The notes below the pieces were generated by a model that was not told the origin of the DNA, did no database searches, and worked only from the letters and a program-made list of their open reading frames with translations. From positions 13,150 through 77,149 of the forward strand of contig JBEKOB010000005.1 of NCBI GenBank assembly GCA_049522195.1: a DNA stretch of 64,000 nucleotides. The letters run 5' to 3'. A program made the position numbers and the translations under genes. Shown here piece after piece: positions 47,869 to 58,272 of this stretch; positions within the stretch are counted from its first letter, which is position 1, and the number at the start of each line of letters is the position of its first letter. The stretch comes from Bacteroidota bacterium (GTDB lineage: Bacteria > Bacteroidota > Ignavibacteria > UBA10030).

Positions 47869-48474
47869 ATGAATCGAACATTAGCGATAGTCCTGGGCGT
47901 CGTGGGTGTGTTGGTACTTATCGTCCTCGGCTTTGTTGGGTATGGCATTTCTGTCAATAACAGGATCGTCAGTGCAGAGGAAGGAGTTAAGGCTGGATGG
48001 GGTCAGGTCGAGAATCAATACCAACGCCGTTATGACCTCATACCGAACCTGGTCGAGACCGTCAAAGGCTTCGCGAAGCAGGAACGGGAAGTCCTCGAAA
48101 ACGTCACCAACGCCCGATCTCGGGTTGGTCAGATGTCCATTACTCCTGAAGTCCTCAATGATCCTAAGGCATTTGCGAAGTTCCAGCAGGCCCAGGATGG
48201 ACTGGGTTCGGCGCTGTCACGGCTTCTTGTAGTAACTGAGAATTATCCGACTCTCCGCTCGAATGAGAACTTCCTCACTCTCCAGAAAGAGTTGGAAGGG
48301 ACGGAAAACCGGATTTCGGTAGAGCGGCGCCGATTCAATGAGACGGTGCAGTCCTACAACACTATGATTCGGCGGTTTCCTGCTTCGTTCATAGCATCCA
48401 TGGGTGGGTTCAAAGATAAGGCCTACTTCTCGGCAGCCACTGGTGCAGACCAGGCGCCCAAAGTTCAATTCTAA
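47869..48474 (+). CDS. lemA: LemA family protein
   Basis: N-terminal TM helix, then WGQVENQYQRRYDLIPNLVETVKG... Confidence 0.9.
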   Translation: MNRTLAIVLGVVGVLVLIVLGFVGYGISVNNRIVSAEEGVKAGWGQVENQYQRRYDLIPNLVETVKGFAKQEREVLENVTNARSRVGQMSITPEVLNDPKAFAKFQQAQDGLGSALSRLLVVTENYPTLRSNENFLTLQKELEGTENRISVERRRFNETVQSYNTMIRRFPASFIASMGGFKDKAYFSAATGADQAPKVQF

Positions 48475-48483
48475 GGAATCCTC

Positions 48484-49233
48484 ATGCGAACAGTTCGATT
48501 TCTACTGCTGGTACTGCTGTCGCTCTGGCCCGGATACCTCTTCGCGCAACCTGCGGTGCCACAGTTGCAGCAGCGCGTGACCGACTTTACAAACACGCTG
48601 AACTTCAATCAATGGCGTGCTCTTGAGACTCGTCTCAAGCTATTTGAGGACTCCACTTCGACCCAGGTCGCCATCCTCATGATCAATTCCCTCGAAGGTG
48701 GAGCGCTCGAAGACTATTCAATGCGGGTCTTCGAGAAGAACAAGCTGGGACAGAAGGGGAAAGACAACGGGGTACTCATCCTTATCGCCAAGGAAGACCA
48801 CAAAGTCAGGATCGAAGTTGGGTACGGACTCGAGGGAGCGCTCACCGATGCCGCCACGACACAGATTCGGGAACGGGAGATCAATCCTCGCTTCAGAGCG
48901 GGGGATTTCTACGGTGGACTTGACGGGGCGGTTTCGGCCATCATCTCAGCGACCGCTGGTGAGTACAAGGTTGAGCCACGTGGGAAGAAGGCACCCTTAA
49001 CATCAATCATTATGATGTTGTTCTTCTTCGGATTCATGGGGGCGTTTGTGCTTCCCATGTTCAGCTCGCGGCGACGTGCCGTAATCGGCTCGAAAGGATC
49101 AATGTATCGCTCGGGCTGGGGGTGGCCATATATTGGAGGCGGAGGTTTCGGCGGAGGCTCGTTTGGAGGTGGGGGCGGGTTCAGCGGGGGAGGCGGAATG
49201 GCTGGAGGAGGAGGTTCTTCGGGCAGCTGGTGA
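48484..49233 (+). CDS. TPM-domain (YgcG-like) protein with Gly-rich C-terminal tail
   Basis: Signal peptide, VTDFTNTL...STQVAILMI...GVLILIAKEDHKVRIEVGYGLEG, a TM helix, then GGGGFGGGSFGGGGG. Confidence 0.8.
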   Translation: MRTVRFLLLVLLSLWPGYLFAQPAVPQLQQRVTDFTNTLNFNQWRALETRLKLFEDSTSTQVAILMINSLEGGALEDYSMRVFEKNKLGQKGKDNGVLILIAKEDHKVRIEVGYGLEGALTDAATTQIREREINPRFRAGDFYGGLDGAVSAIISATAGEYKVEPRGKKAPLTSIIMMLFFFGFMGAFVLPMFSSRRRAVIGSKGSMYRSGWGWPYIGGGGFGGGSFGGGGGFSGGGGMAGGGGSSGSW

Positions 49234-49260
49234 ATGTGTGATTGACTTCGGAGCGGTGCA

Positions 49261-50301
49261 ATGCTTGTTTTAATGAATCAGGAAGTGACCAAGGATCAGA
49301 TCGATCGGGTAAAACAGAAGATCGTTTCCCTTGGCTACATGCCTCACGAAATCCCGGGAGCGCAACGCGTTGCCATCGGCATCACGGGCAACAAAGGTGG
49401 GCTTGATCCGGACTTGTTTAGGAGCCTTCCTGGTGTCGAGGATGCCGTTCCTGTCTCGAAGCCATACAAGCTTGTGAGCCGGGAAGTGAAACCTGAGAAC
49501 ACGGTTGTCTCAGTTGGTGCTGATCGTATCGGTGGACCGGAATTGACGATGATCGCCGGTCCATGCTCCGTCGAGAGCCGTGAACAAATTTTGGAAATTG
49601 CTGAGATCCTGAGTGGCATGGGAGTGAAATTTCTGCGAGGCGGCGCTTTCAAGCCTCGTACCTCCCCGTACTCTTTCCAGGGACTCAAGAACGAGGGGCT
49701 CGAGTTGCTGCGTGAGGCGGCGGACAAGACTGGAATGCATGTCGTAACGGAAGTAAAAGACACAGAGACGCTCCCTCTGGTGGCGCAGTTTGCAGACGTG
49801 CTGCAGATCGGCGCGCGCAATATGTACAATTTCTCGCTTCTCGAGCAGGTTGGAGATCTGAAGCGTCCTGTCATCCTGAAGCGCGGTCTTTCAGCAACGA
49901 TCGAAGAACTTTTGCTGTCAGCCGAATACATAGCCTCAAGAGGGAACTACGACATCATCTTGTGCGAACGGGGAATCCGCACATTCGAGACGTACACACG
50001 AAACACGCTTGACTTGAATGCAGTCCCTGTCATCAAGAAGCTCTCACATTTGCCGATTATCGTCGATCCCAGTCACGGGACGGGAGCCTGGGATCTCGTT
50101 GCTCCCATGGCGGAGGCGGCGATCGTGGCTGGAGCGGATGGACTGATGGTGGAAGTCCATCAGGATCCCCAGGCGGCGCTTTCGGACGGTTTTCAATCGC
50201 TCAAGCCTGAGAAGTTCCGAATGCTTCTCGATCGCATACGGGAACTCTCAACGTTTGTCCATCGGACAACACACCCTGCAAAAATTCTTTCTGCATCGTG
50301 A
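49261..50301 (+). CDS. aroF: 3-deoxy-7-phosphoheptulonate (DAHP) synthase, type I-beta with N-terminal regulatory domain
   Basis: [24 protein letters not shown] and DPSH motifs. About 70 aa of ferredoxin-like extension at the N-terminus. Confidence 0.85.
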   Translation: MLVLMNQEVTKDQIDRVKQKIVSLGYMPHEIPGAQRVAIGITGNKGGLDPDLFRSLPGVEDAVPVSKPYKLVSREVKPENTVVSVGADRIGGPELTMIAGPCSVESREQILEIAEILSGMGVKFLRGGAFKPRTSPYSFQGLKNEGLELLREAADKTGMHVVTEVKDTETLPLVAQFADVLQIGARNMYNFSLLEQVGDLKRPVILKRGLSATIEELLLSAEYIASRGNYDIILCERGIRTFETYTRNTLDLNAVPVIKKLSHLPIIVDPSHGTGAWDLVAPMAEAAIVAGADGLMVEVHQDPQAALSDGFQSLKPEKFRMLLDRIRELSTFVHRTTHPAKILSAS

Positions 50302-52790
50302 GAAACACGTCTGCCACATATCGCCGACGACCAGCAGGGGCCGGGGAAAAGACACCGAGACGAAAGACCGTTCTCGTGAAGGTGGAGCAAAAGAACCCAG
50401 TCGTGGATTATCGCGAAGCATTCCAGTCGGCATTTAGCAGGTCGTTCATTCCACTCCTGATCACAGATCGGTTTGGCCACTGCGTCGAGGCGAATGAAAG
50501 CGCTCTTAAGCTGCTCAATCGCAGGCGCAATGTCCTCCTCCGCAAAACACTCGACGCAATCTTCACACTCCATGGAACAAGCACCGTCGGAGGTTTTCAG
50601 GCGCGGCTTTCTCACGGCGAGCCTTTGGACGCAGAAGTCGCATTCGAGCAAAAGGAGGGGAAGCTGCTGAGGCTCCGGCTAAGGGCTACGAATCTCGATG
50701 GCGGACTCCGACTGATTGGTCTCGCCCGCATTCACGAGCACTCATCCAAGGACCATCCGGCGGTGAAGCAACGTGGTACCACAGCGCTGCTTGATGAATT
50801 TTTCTCGCTTCCCTGGGGAGATGAGGATACAGACTATCATTCCCTTTTTCAGCATTCGCCGTACGGGATCGGCATCCTCCAGAATGACAGTATCGCTGTT
50901 GTTAATCCCACATTCTGCAAGCTTCTGGGCTATCGGTCAGGCCAGGACATTGTGGGAAAGGAAATCCGGGAGTTCCTCGATGACGGATCACGGATGTTCT
51001 TTTCACTTCTTCAGCATCGGGTTTTCAGGGGAGAGGCGATCCCTGTGCGCTTCGAGACGCGGATGATCAGGCAGGGAGGATCCACGATTGACGTGGAGAC
51101 TTCCTTCGACCTGATTTGGTACAGGGGGGCCCCGGGGTTGAACCTGACGATCAGTGATATCACTGATCGAAAAGAGCTTGAGAAGCGTCTCACCGACTCC
51201 GAAAGCCTTCTGCGGAACGTGATTAATTCAATGGTCGATGCGCTCGTGATCACAGACCTCCGGGGGAAGGTGCTGGATGTGAACGACGAGTTTCAACGGT
51301 TTACCGGGTTCACGCGTCGCGAGGCCTTCGCCGCTGAGATTCCGTATCCCTGGGTGCCGGAAGAGAGCCTGCGGTCGTTCATGAGCTGGCTGGAAAAGCT
51401 GCGCGAACATAACGTGCTGCGCGATTTTGACATCACGTGGTTGCGAAAAAGCGGAGAACGGGTCGCAGTCAGCTTGAATACAACTTTGCTTCGGAACGCC
51501 ACGGGTGATCCTGTCCTGATGGTCAACATTGCACGCGACATCAGCGAGCGCCAGGCATCACGGGAGGAGTTGAGCCGGCAGCTCCAGAGATTGCAGGTGC
51601 TGTATGACTTGAGCAGTGCGTTGACCGAGACTTTGAATACGGAGGAGATCGCGCGAACCACGTACCAGCAAATCGAAAAAGTTATCCCGGTCGACGGTTT
51701 CTTCATCGATCTCTACGATGAGGAGAGGAAGGAAATCAAACCTGTTTATGCCATTGATATCGTTAATGGCTTGAGGGAAGAGATTGCGGTCCCGCAGGGT
51801 CCCCACTCGCTCGAGAAATCGACCAGCGCAGCGAAAGTCATTTCCTTGCGAAAGCCTCTGCTTCAGTTGAGGAATCGAGGGGATGAGTCGTCGACCTCCT
51901 CCGAAGGAGAATCGGTGGCCGCCTCGCTTATGATGGTCCCCATGGTTTCGAAGCAAAAGACCATTGGAGTGCTCTCGGTGCATTCGTATGAACCGGAGAT
52001 GTACTCGCACGAACATCTGACGCTTCTCCAGAGCATTGCACACCTGGCCGGCATCTCGATTGAGAAGGCTCAGCTGTACCAGGAAACGATCCGGAAGTCA
52101 CGTGAGATCGAGGCGCGCAACAAGGAGCTGGACGATTTCACATACGTAGTTTCGCATGACCTCAAAGAGCCTCTGATCAGCGTCGAGGGGTATGCGAAGA
52201 TGCTCTGGCATGAATACCAGCAGCAACTGGATGAAGGCGGCCGCGAGTATCTTCAGGCTGTTATGGACTCATGCCTTCATATGAAGCGGCTCATTGACGA
52301 TCTTCTCCTCCTGTCGCGCATCAGCAAGCTAACAGAGAAGAGAACAAGGATCGAGTTGGCGCCGCTGATAACCGATGTCCTCGAGGAATTACGGTTCTCG
52401 ATCCGTGAAGGGAAGGCGGAAATCATCGTGGAGGAAGGACTGGCAGACGTCGTCGCCGTGGACACGCATCTGCGGATCGTGTTCCGCAACTTGATCGCCA
52501 ATGCCCTGAAATTCTGCGACAAGCCGGTGCCACGCATCGAAATCGGTTCGACAGTTTCGCCCGAGGCCACGACTCTCTTTGTACGGGATAATGGCATCGG
52601 AATTGAGCCGACGCATTTTGACAAGATATTCCTCATCTTTCAGCGTCTTCATCGAAAGGACGAGTATGAAGGGGTTGGTGCGGGGCTGACGATCGTCCGG
52701 AAGATCATTGAGTCGCTCGGTGGAAAGATCTGGGTGGAATCGACTGTCGGACAAGGAACAACATTTTATTTTACAATACCAAGAGTATGA
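50298..52790 (+). CDS. multi-PAS/GAF sensor histidine kinase
   Basis: Several PAS-like blocks, a GAF-like region, the H-box FTYVVSHDLKEPL, and N/G boxes (NALKF, DNGIGI, GVGAGL). GTG start overlaps the aroF stop. Confidence 0.85.
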   Translation: MRNTSATYRRRPAGAGEKTPRRKTVLVKVEQKNPVVDYREAFQSAFSRSFIPLLITDRFGHCVEANESALKLLNRRRNVLLRKTLDAIFTLHGTSTVGGFQARLSHGEPLDAEVAFEQKEGKLLRLRLRATNLDGGLRLIGLARIHEHSSKDHPAVKQRGTTALLDEFFSLPWGDEDTDYHSLFQHSPYGIGILQNDSIAVVNPTFCKLLGYRSGQDIVGKEIREFLDDGSRMFFSLLQHRVFRGEAIPVRFETRMIRQGGSTIDVETSFDLIWYRGAPGLNLTISDITDRKELEKRLTDSESLLRNVINSMVDALVITDLRGKVLDVNDEFQRFTGFTRREAFAAEIPYPWVPEESLRSFMSWLEKLREHNVLRDFDITWLRKSGERVAVSLNTTLLRNATGDPVLMVNIARDISERQASREELSRQLQRLQVLYDLSSALTETLNTEEIARTTYQQIEKVIPVDGFFIDLYDEERKEIKPVYAIDIVNGLREEIAVPQGPHSLEKSTSAAKVISLRKPLLQLRNRGDESSTSSEGESVAASLMMVPMVSKQKTIGVLSVHSYEPEMYSHEHLTLLQSIAHLAGISIEKAQLYQETIRKSREIEARNKELDDFTYVVSHDLKEPLISVEGYAKMLWHEYQQQLDEGGREYLQAVMDSCLHMKRLIDDLLLLSRISKLTEKRTRIELAPLITDVLEELRFSIREGKAEIIVEEGLADVVAVDTHLRIVFRNLIANALKFCDKPVPRIEIGSTVSPEATTLFVRDNGIGIEPTHFDKIFLIFQRLHRKDEYEGVGAGLTIVRKIIESLGGKIWVESTVGQGTTFYFTIPRV

Positions 52791-53239
52791 GAGAACCGGT
52801 GGAGTTGACAGAAGGGCCGTTGAAAATTCTGCTGATCGATGACAACCGCGATCATGCAAAAATCCTGCAGTGGGCATTCAAGAAGAATGGCCGCCAGGAT
52901 GAATTCACGTACTTTGAGGATGGCGGGATCGCCCTCGAGTATTTGAGAAAGCTTACTGCAGAACAGGCGGCAAAACCGGACATTATCTTTCTCGATTTGA
53001 ACCTTCCCCGACTTGACGGGAGGGAAGTCCTCCGGTTGCTCAAGGAGGAAGAGACTACCAAAGCAATCCCCGTTATTATCGTCAGCAGCTCAGAACGGGA
53101 AGAAGACGTCCGGAAGGCATACGAACTCGGGGCAAGCAGCTATGTTTCGAAATCTGCGATCCTGAACGACGTAAATCCAATGTTCCAGTCAATGCAAGCA
53201 TCCTGGTCGAAAGCAACGAGAAATCCAAACAAAATCTGA
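52787..53239 (+). CDS. stand-alone response regulator receiver protein
   Basis: ILLIDDN...IIFLDLNLPRLDG...SSS...K receiver signature. 4-nt overlap with the kinase gene. Confidence 0.85.
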   Translation: MREPVELTEGPLKILLIDDNRDHAKILQWAFKKNGRQDEFTYFEDGGIALEYLRKLTAEQAAKPDIIFLDLNLPRLDGREVLRLLKEEETTKAIPVIIVSSSEREEDVRKAYELGASSYVSKSAILNDVNPMFQSMQASWSKATRNPNKI

Positions 53240-53246
53240 GAGCTCT

Positions 53247-53924
53247 ATGGCTGCTAGAAAGCATATTAGCGTTCTGCTCGTCGAAGACAACGTCGACTTC
53301 GCCAAACTCGTGAAGATCTATCTGAGCCGGTTTGAAGACGCAGAGATTGAAGTCATCTGGAAAGAAAACGGAGCAGAGGGTATCGACGAAGCTGTTCGCA
53401 ACCCGACTGTTGATGTTATACTCATGGATTACTTTCTTCCGGGGATGAACGGGCTCGAGATCACGCGTGCGCTGAAGGAGAAGGAGGTCGAAACACCGGT
53501 GATCTTCTTGACGGTAAACAAGGATATGGGTCTCGCCGTGGAAGTCATGAAGCTGGGTGTGCGTGACTACCTGGTCAAAGAGGAAATCAGCACTCCGATT
53601 CTGCCGAAGACGATCATGACTGTCGTAGAGAAGCGTAAGTTTCAGAAGGAAGTTGCTGAGCTGGAGATTCGCCAGAAACGACTCGAGGCCATGCAAGAGA
53701 TGATCGTAGGGATTACGGGAGAGATCACGATACCGCTCCAGAATATGAAGGGGATTGTAGATGTGCTGATCAAGAACGGCAATTCCGAGAAAAGGGCGAA
53801 GTACCTTGCCATCATTCGTGAGAATGTCGAACGGATTGAATCGAAAATGGAAAAGCTGATCAATCTGAAAGAAGACAAGACAGTTCAGTACATCAAAGAC
53901 ATCAAAATGATTGACCTATCCTGA
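53247..53924 (+). CDS. response regulator with C-terminal His-less DHp-like helical domain
   Basis: REC signature (VLLVEDN, ILMDYFLPGMNG, K). The C-terminal GITGEITIPLQNMKGIVDVL...YLAIIRENVERIESKMEKLINL resembles HisKA, with Gly where the phospho-His would be. Confidence 0.75.
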   Translation: MAARKHISVLLVEDNVDFAKLVKIYLSRFEDAEIEVIWKENGAEGIDEAVRNPTVDVILMDYFLPGMNGLEITRALKEKEVETPVIFLTVNKDMGLAVEVMKLGVRDYLVKEEISTPILPKTIMTVVEKRKFQKEVAELEIRQKRLEAMQEMIVGITGEITIPLQNMKGIVDVLIKNGNSEKRAKYLAIIRENVERIESKMEKLINLKEDKTVQYIKDIKMIDLS

Positions 53925-53932
53925 GGTGACGT

Positions 53933-54388
53933 GTGGCTAATTTGGTCAAAGGCTTTCTCTCCAAGCAAGACCTGAAAGATATTGCGGATGCTATCGCTGA
54001 ACAGGAGAAACGTACCTCGGGCGAGATCCGCGTGGCAGTCCGGCAGAAGCGATCGAGGAAAGAGCGATCGATGACGGTTGAGCAACTGGCTCGTCATGAG
54101 TTTGTCCATCTCGGCATGATGAAGACAAAAGAGAGGACCGGAATACTGATTTTTATTCTCCTGGAAGCGCGTGAGTTCTTCATCCTCGCGGATGAGCACA
54201 TTAACCAGAAGGTGGTGCCTGACACCTGGCGCTCAGTCGCGCAGACAATGGCCGGATCCTTCGCGAAAAAGGAATACCGTCAGGGATTGCTGGATGCTGT
54301 CCGCAGTGTCGCTGATCACCTGGCGCAGCATTTTCCAGCTCGTCCGGGAGACAAGAACGAGCTACCGAACACAGTAGACCTTTCCTAG
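53933..54388 (+). CDS. TPM-domain protein
   Basis: IADAIAEQEKRTSGEIRVAV...ERTGILIFILLEAREFFILADEHI. GTG start. Confidence 0.65.
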   Translation: MANLVKGFLSKQDLKDIADAIAEQEKRTSGEIRVAVRQKRSRKERSMTVEQLARHEFVHLGMMKTKERTGILIFILLEAREFFILADEHINQKVVPDTWRSVAQTMAGSFAKKEYRQGLLDAVRSVADHLAQHFPARPGDKNELPNTVDLS

Positions 54389-54445
54389 GCCGGAACTTCC
54401 GGGGTCACGCGTTGTTTGTAAATGTGAATATTGACATTGCCCTTT

Positions 54446-55321
54446 ATGAAATTCAAGTTAGCCGTCGCACAAGTCGACGCTGCCGTCGGAAACATAGAAC
54501 GTAATCTCAGCCATCATCTCGAAGTTGTCGAAAAGGCAAAGCTCGGGGGAGCTCAGCTGGTGGTTTTTCCGGAGCTCAGCCTCACCGGCTATACGCTGCG
54601 TGATCTCGCGTGGGAGATCGCACTGAATCCTTTCACGGATCCTCGCCTGTCTGCTCTCAAGGAGGCAAGCAAGTCGGTAACGATCGTCTTCGGTCTTGTG
54701 GAGAGTGCGGAAAACCATGGGGTTTACAACTCCGCTGTCTTCCTGGAAGATGGTTTGGTGAAGCACATACATAGGAAAATCTATCCTCCGACGTATGGAA
54801 TGTTCGAAGAGGGACGCTACTTCAGTAAGGGTAGAGAAGTTGCTGCGTTCGATTCAAAGCACGGACGGTTTGGTCTTCTCGTGTGTGAGGATCTCTGGCA
54901 CATGTCCCTGCCGTATCTGCTTGCACTGGATGGCGCGGAGGTCATTTTTTCGCTTACTGCAAGCCCTTCACGGATTGCCCCTGGAAGCTCCGACATGGAC
55001 GCCGCGCGCGTGAATCACGAGCAACACCGTGCATACGCGAGGCTTTTGAGCTCATATCTAGTTTTTTCCAATCGCGTAGGCTATGAGGACGGCGTCAACT
55101 TTTGGGGCGGATCAGCTGTGATCAATCCTGGCGGAGTTATGGTCTCCACAGCAAAGCTCTTTGAACAGGACCTGATCTCTGCAGAAATCGATTCCCTTGA
55201 AGTTCAGCGGGCTCGTCGGTTTTCGCGCCACTTCCTTGATGAAGATCCCTCGTTGGTCGAACAATCACTCAAGCGCATCCGCTCGACGAACGGCATGCGC
55301 TCCTCTGAAAAACCCTCTTGA
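54446..55321 (+). CDS. carbon-nitrogen hydrolase (nitrilase superfamily) protein
   Basis: KLAVAQV...VVFPELSLTGY...LVCEDLWH provides the E-K-C triad context. Confidence 0.8.
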   Translation: MKFKLAVAQVDAAVGNIERNLSHHLEVVEKAKLGGAQLVVFPELSLTGYTLRDLAWEIALNPFTDPRLSALKEASKSVTIVFGLVESAENHGVYNSAVFLEDGLVKHIHRKIYPPTYGMFEEGRYFSKGREVAAFDSKHGRFGLLVCEDLWHMSLPYLLALDGAEVIFSLTASPSRIAPGSSDMDAARVNHEQHRAYARLLSSYLVFSNRVGYEDGVNFWGGSAVINPGGVMVSTAKLFEQDLISAEIDSLEVQRARRFSRHFLDEDPSLVEQSLKRIRSTNGMRSSEKPS

Positions 55322-55485
55322 GACTATTGCTACCGCGTTTTCCCTGGAGATGAGGTCGAATCCTGCATTTGAGGACCCTCCGGACTGTACACAAGCCTTG
55401 AAATTCATTGAATCTGCTTGGTTTTTTTCATAAATTACTTTGACATAGGGAAAGAACCGCTTTTGATTGGGAAGGAGAGATTTGT

Positions 55486-56340
55486 ATGGGTACCGTGAAG
55501 ACCGTCGGCTTGATGGTCCTGATGATGGCATTGATGATGCTTGTGGGTCAGTGGCTTGGCCAGGAACAGGGGCTTGTGCTGGCTTTTGCATTTTCATTAT
55601 TGATGAACTTTGGGATGTACTGGTTTTCAGACAAGATCGTCCTGATGAGTTATGGAGCAAAGGAGGTAAGTGAGCAGGATGCGCCGAGGCTCTATGCGAT
55701 CGTCCGAAAGCTCGCAACGCAGGCCCAGCTTCCGATGCCAAAGGTCTACATTATCCCTGGAGACTCGCCAAATGCTTTTGCGACTGGTAGGAATCCTGAG
55801 CATGCAGCGGTGGCTGCGACGGAAGGAATTCTGAGTTTGCTCAGTGAGGATGAGCTCGAAGGTGTTATAGGTCACGAGTTGGCACACGTGAAGCACCGCG
55901 ATATCCTCACCGGAACGATTGTCGCTGCAATGGCAGGCGCAATTATGTTCATGTCGAGAATGGCAATGTTCGCTTCGATATTTGGTGGCGGAAGCAGAGA
56001 TCGTGATAACTCAAATCCGCTGGGAGAGATTCTTCTTCTGGTCCTCGCGCCGGTCGCTGCCATGCTGATACAGTTTGCCATCTCTCGTTCGCGTGAATTC
56101 GCCGCGGATGAGGGGGGTGCGCAGATTAGTGGCCGACCTCTCAGTCTTGCGAATGCTCTCAAGAAGCTGGAGAGCGGTACAGAACGGATTCCTATGGAGA
56201 ATGCCGGCACCGCAACAGCGCATATGTTTATCGTCAATCCGCTTCGGGGAGGTGGAATGGCGAAGCTGTTTTCCACACATCCCCCCACTGAGGAACGCAT
56301 TGCGCGGCTTGAGGAAATGGCGATGGGAGGAATCCACTAG
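55486..56340 (+). CDS. htpX: zinc metalloprotease HtpX
   Basis: TM helices, HELAHVKHRD and REFAADEGG motifs. Confidence 0.9.
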   Translation: MGTVKTVGLMVLMMALMMLVGQWLGQEQGLVLAFAFSLLMNFGMYWFSDKIVLMSYGAKEVSEQDAPRLYAIVRKLATQAQLPMPKVYIIPGDSPNAFATGRNPEHAAVAATEGILSLLSEDELEGVIGHELAHVKHRDILTGTIVAAMAGAIMFMSRMAMFASIFGGGSRDRDNSNPLGEILLLVLAPVAAMLIQFAISRSREFAADEGGAQISGRPLSLANALKKLESGTERIPMENAGTATAHMFIVNPLRGGGMAKLFSTHPPTEERIARLEEMAMGGIH

Positions 56341-56354
56341 GTGTCGACGAGGGG

Positions 56355-57659
56355 ATGGAGGACGAGATGAGACAGCAGCAGCCTTACACATATCAGGAAC
56401 CGGCTCCGCTTCTAAGCAAGGAGAACCCCTTTGAGTCGATGATGCAACGATTCGACGTCGCTGCACATCTTCTGAATCTTGAACCCGGTGTCTATGAGTA
56501 TCTGAAGAGGCCTGTCAGGCAGGTTATCGTCTCCATTCCCATAGCGATGGATTCGGGTGAAGTCGCAGTTTTTGAGGGCTATCGCGTCATACACAACGAT
56601 ATCCTTGGTCCCTCCAAAGGAGGTCTCAGATATTCTCCTGATGTGACGTTGGATGAGGTCAAGGCCCTTGCCGCCTGGATGACGTGGAAATGTGCAGTCT
56701 TGAACATTCCCTTCGGTGGTGCGAAGGGGGGTGTGCGATGCGATCCGTCGAAGTTGAGTCCGCTCGTCCTGGAAAAGATTACGCGTCGGTACACTTCCAA
56801 CCTCATCGATGTGTTTGGCCCGGATCGCGATGTTCCTGCTCCCGATATGAACACGAACGAGCAGGTGATGGCGTGGATCATGGATACCTACAGTATGCAC
56901 ATGCGGAAAACGGAACCCGCTGTTGTGACGGGCAAGCCGCTGCTACTGGGAGGTTCATTGGGGAGAAGGGAAGCGACGGGGAGAGGTTGCATGATCGTCA
57001 CGACCAAAGCACTCCGGAAGCTCGGCTTGAAGCCGAAGGACACGACGGTCGTCGTACAAGGTTTTGGAAACGTTGGATCCGTGACAGCGCAGCTGCTCCG
57101 TGAGCAAGGGTGCAAGATTATCGGCATCGGAGACATCAGCGGAGCATTCTACAACAAGAAGGGGATTGACATCGAGAAGGCGTTGGCTTGGGTGCAAAAC
57201 AACCGGACGCTTGCCGGTTTTCCCGGCGCTGAAACGATGAACGCCAATGAGCTGCTCGAACTCGAGTGTGATGTTCTTGTCCCGGCTGCGAAGGAAGACC
57301 AGATTACCCATCTCAACGCACCGAAGATCAAGGCGAAAATCATCTGCGAAGGAGCCAACGGACCGACGGCTGCGCACGCTGATCCGATCCTTCAGGAGAA
57401 GGGGATTCTGGTTATTCCCGACATATTGGCGAACGCCGGGGGTGTGACGGTGTCGTACTTCGAATGGGTGCAAGATCGCGTCGGATTCTTCTGGACGCTT
57501 GATCGTGTGAATAGCAGGCTTGAAAGAATGATGGAAGATGCTTTTGATGCGGTGTATGAAACCGCTGAACGATATAATGTGACCCTACGGATTGGAGCAT
57601 ATATCCTCGCAATCGACAAGGTTGCCCGTACACTGAAATTGCGCGGAATCTACGCTTGA
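56355..57659 (+). CDS. gdhA: Glu/Leu/Phe/Val dehydrogenase (glutamate dehydrogenase)
   Basis: IPFGGAKGGV and VVQGFGNVGS motifs. 434 aa. Confidence 0.9.
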   Translation: MEDEMRQQQPYTYQEPAPLLSKENPFESMMQRFDVAAHLLNLEPGVYEYLKRPVRQVIVSIPIAMDSGEVAVFEGYRVIHNDILGPSKGGLRYSPDVTLDEVKALAAWMTWKCAVLNIPFGGAKGGVRCDPSKLSPLVLEKITRRYTSNLIDVFGPDRDVPAPDMNTNEQVMAWIMDTYSMHMRKTEPAVVTGKPLLLGGSLGRREATGRGCMIVTTKALRKLGLKPKDTTVVVQGFGNVGSVTAQLLREQGCKIIGIGDISGAFYNKKGIDIEKALAWVQNNRTLAGFPGAETMNANELLELECDVLVPAAKEDQITHLNAPKIKAKIICEGANGPTAAHADPILQEKGILVIPDILANAGGVTVSYFEWVQDRVGFFWTLDRVNSRLERMMEDAFDAVYETAERYNVTLRIGAYILAIDKVARTLKLRGIYA

Positions 57660-58270
57660 CCTCGATGATCTCCCAGCGAATCGCACGGATAGTCCGCTTT
57701 GCGGGCCTGGTGGTTCTGACCTTCCTCACCGGCCTTCAGGCACAAACAGTGGGAATGAGCGCAGCTTTGGTGTTGCGATCACAGGCGGCGAGCATCGCTG
57801 ATGAGAGCTTCAAGAAGATGAGCCCCTCCATCAGTGGAGTGGACAATGTGGGGATCCTCGTGACGGGGGGAACGGCGCGGGCGCTCGTCGAGAATGCGTT
57901 TCTCGACCTCCTCGGACGCAAGGGGATTCGCGTCTCCCTGCAGAGCTCCCCCTCCAGCTTGAAACAGTCCATACAGTTAAATGTGTTGGATCAAAGTGTT
58001 CGCTACGCAGGTCTGGCGAACGGTGAATATCGGCGTGAGATTCAGACTGCCATCGAGGCCCGGCACACGTCTAATGATACGGCCATGGCGGAATACCTGG
58101 GGCTCTTCAAGCGGCAGGATGTTGACACGGTGGCATTTCGGGAAGATGCAGGAATGGTCTCGGATGTTCACGATGGAGAGCGCACGCTTTTTGACAAGTT
58201 ACTTGGACCGATACTGATGATCGGCGGAGCGTTTCTGATCGTCTACTTGTTCTTTACGGTGAGGAACTGA
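57656..58270 (+). CDS. hypothetical membrane-anchored protein
   Basis: N-terminal signal/TM segment and a C-terminal TM segment (ILMIGGAFLIVYLFF). No family recognised. Confidence 0.45.
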   Translation: MTSMISQRIARIVRFAGLVVLTFLTGLQAQTVGMSAALVLRSQAASIADESFKKMSPSISGVDNVGILVTGGTARALVENAFLDLLGRKGIRVSLQSSPSSLKQSIQLNVLDQSVRYAGLANGEYRREIQTAIEARHTSNDTAMAEYLGLFKRQDVDTVAFREDAGMVSDVHDGERTLFDKLLGPILMIGGAFLIVYLFFTVRN

Positions 58271-58272
58271 CA

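Noticed and set aside
47869-49233. The LemA + TPM(YgcG) gene pair as a novel system.
   Set aside because: This is a widely conserved and already recognised gene pairing, even though its function is poorly understood, and nothing unusual appears in this copy. It is mentioned only as context for the second TPM gene at 53933.
55322-55485. A sigma32-type heat-shock promoter upstream of htpX (CTTGAAA at about 55396).
   Set aside because: No CCCCATNT-like -10 element is present at the appropriate spacing, so the -35 match alone is not evidence.
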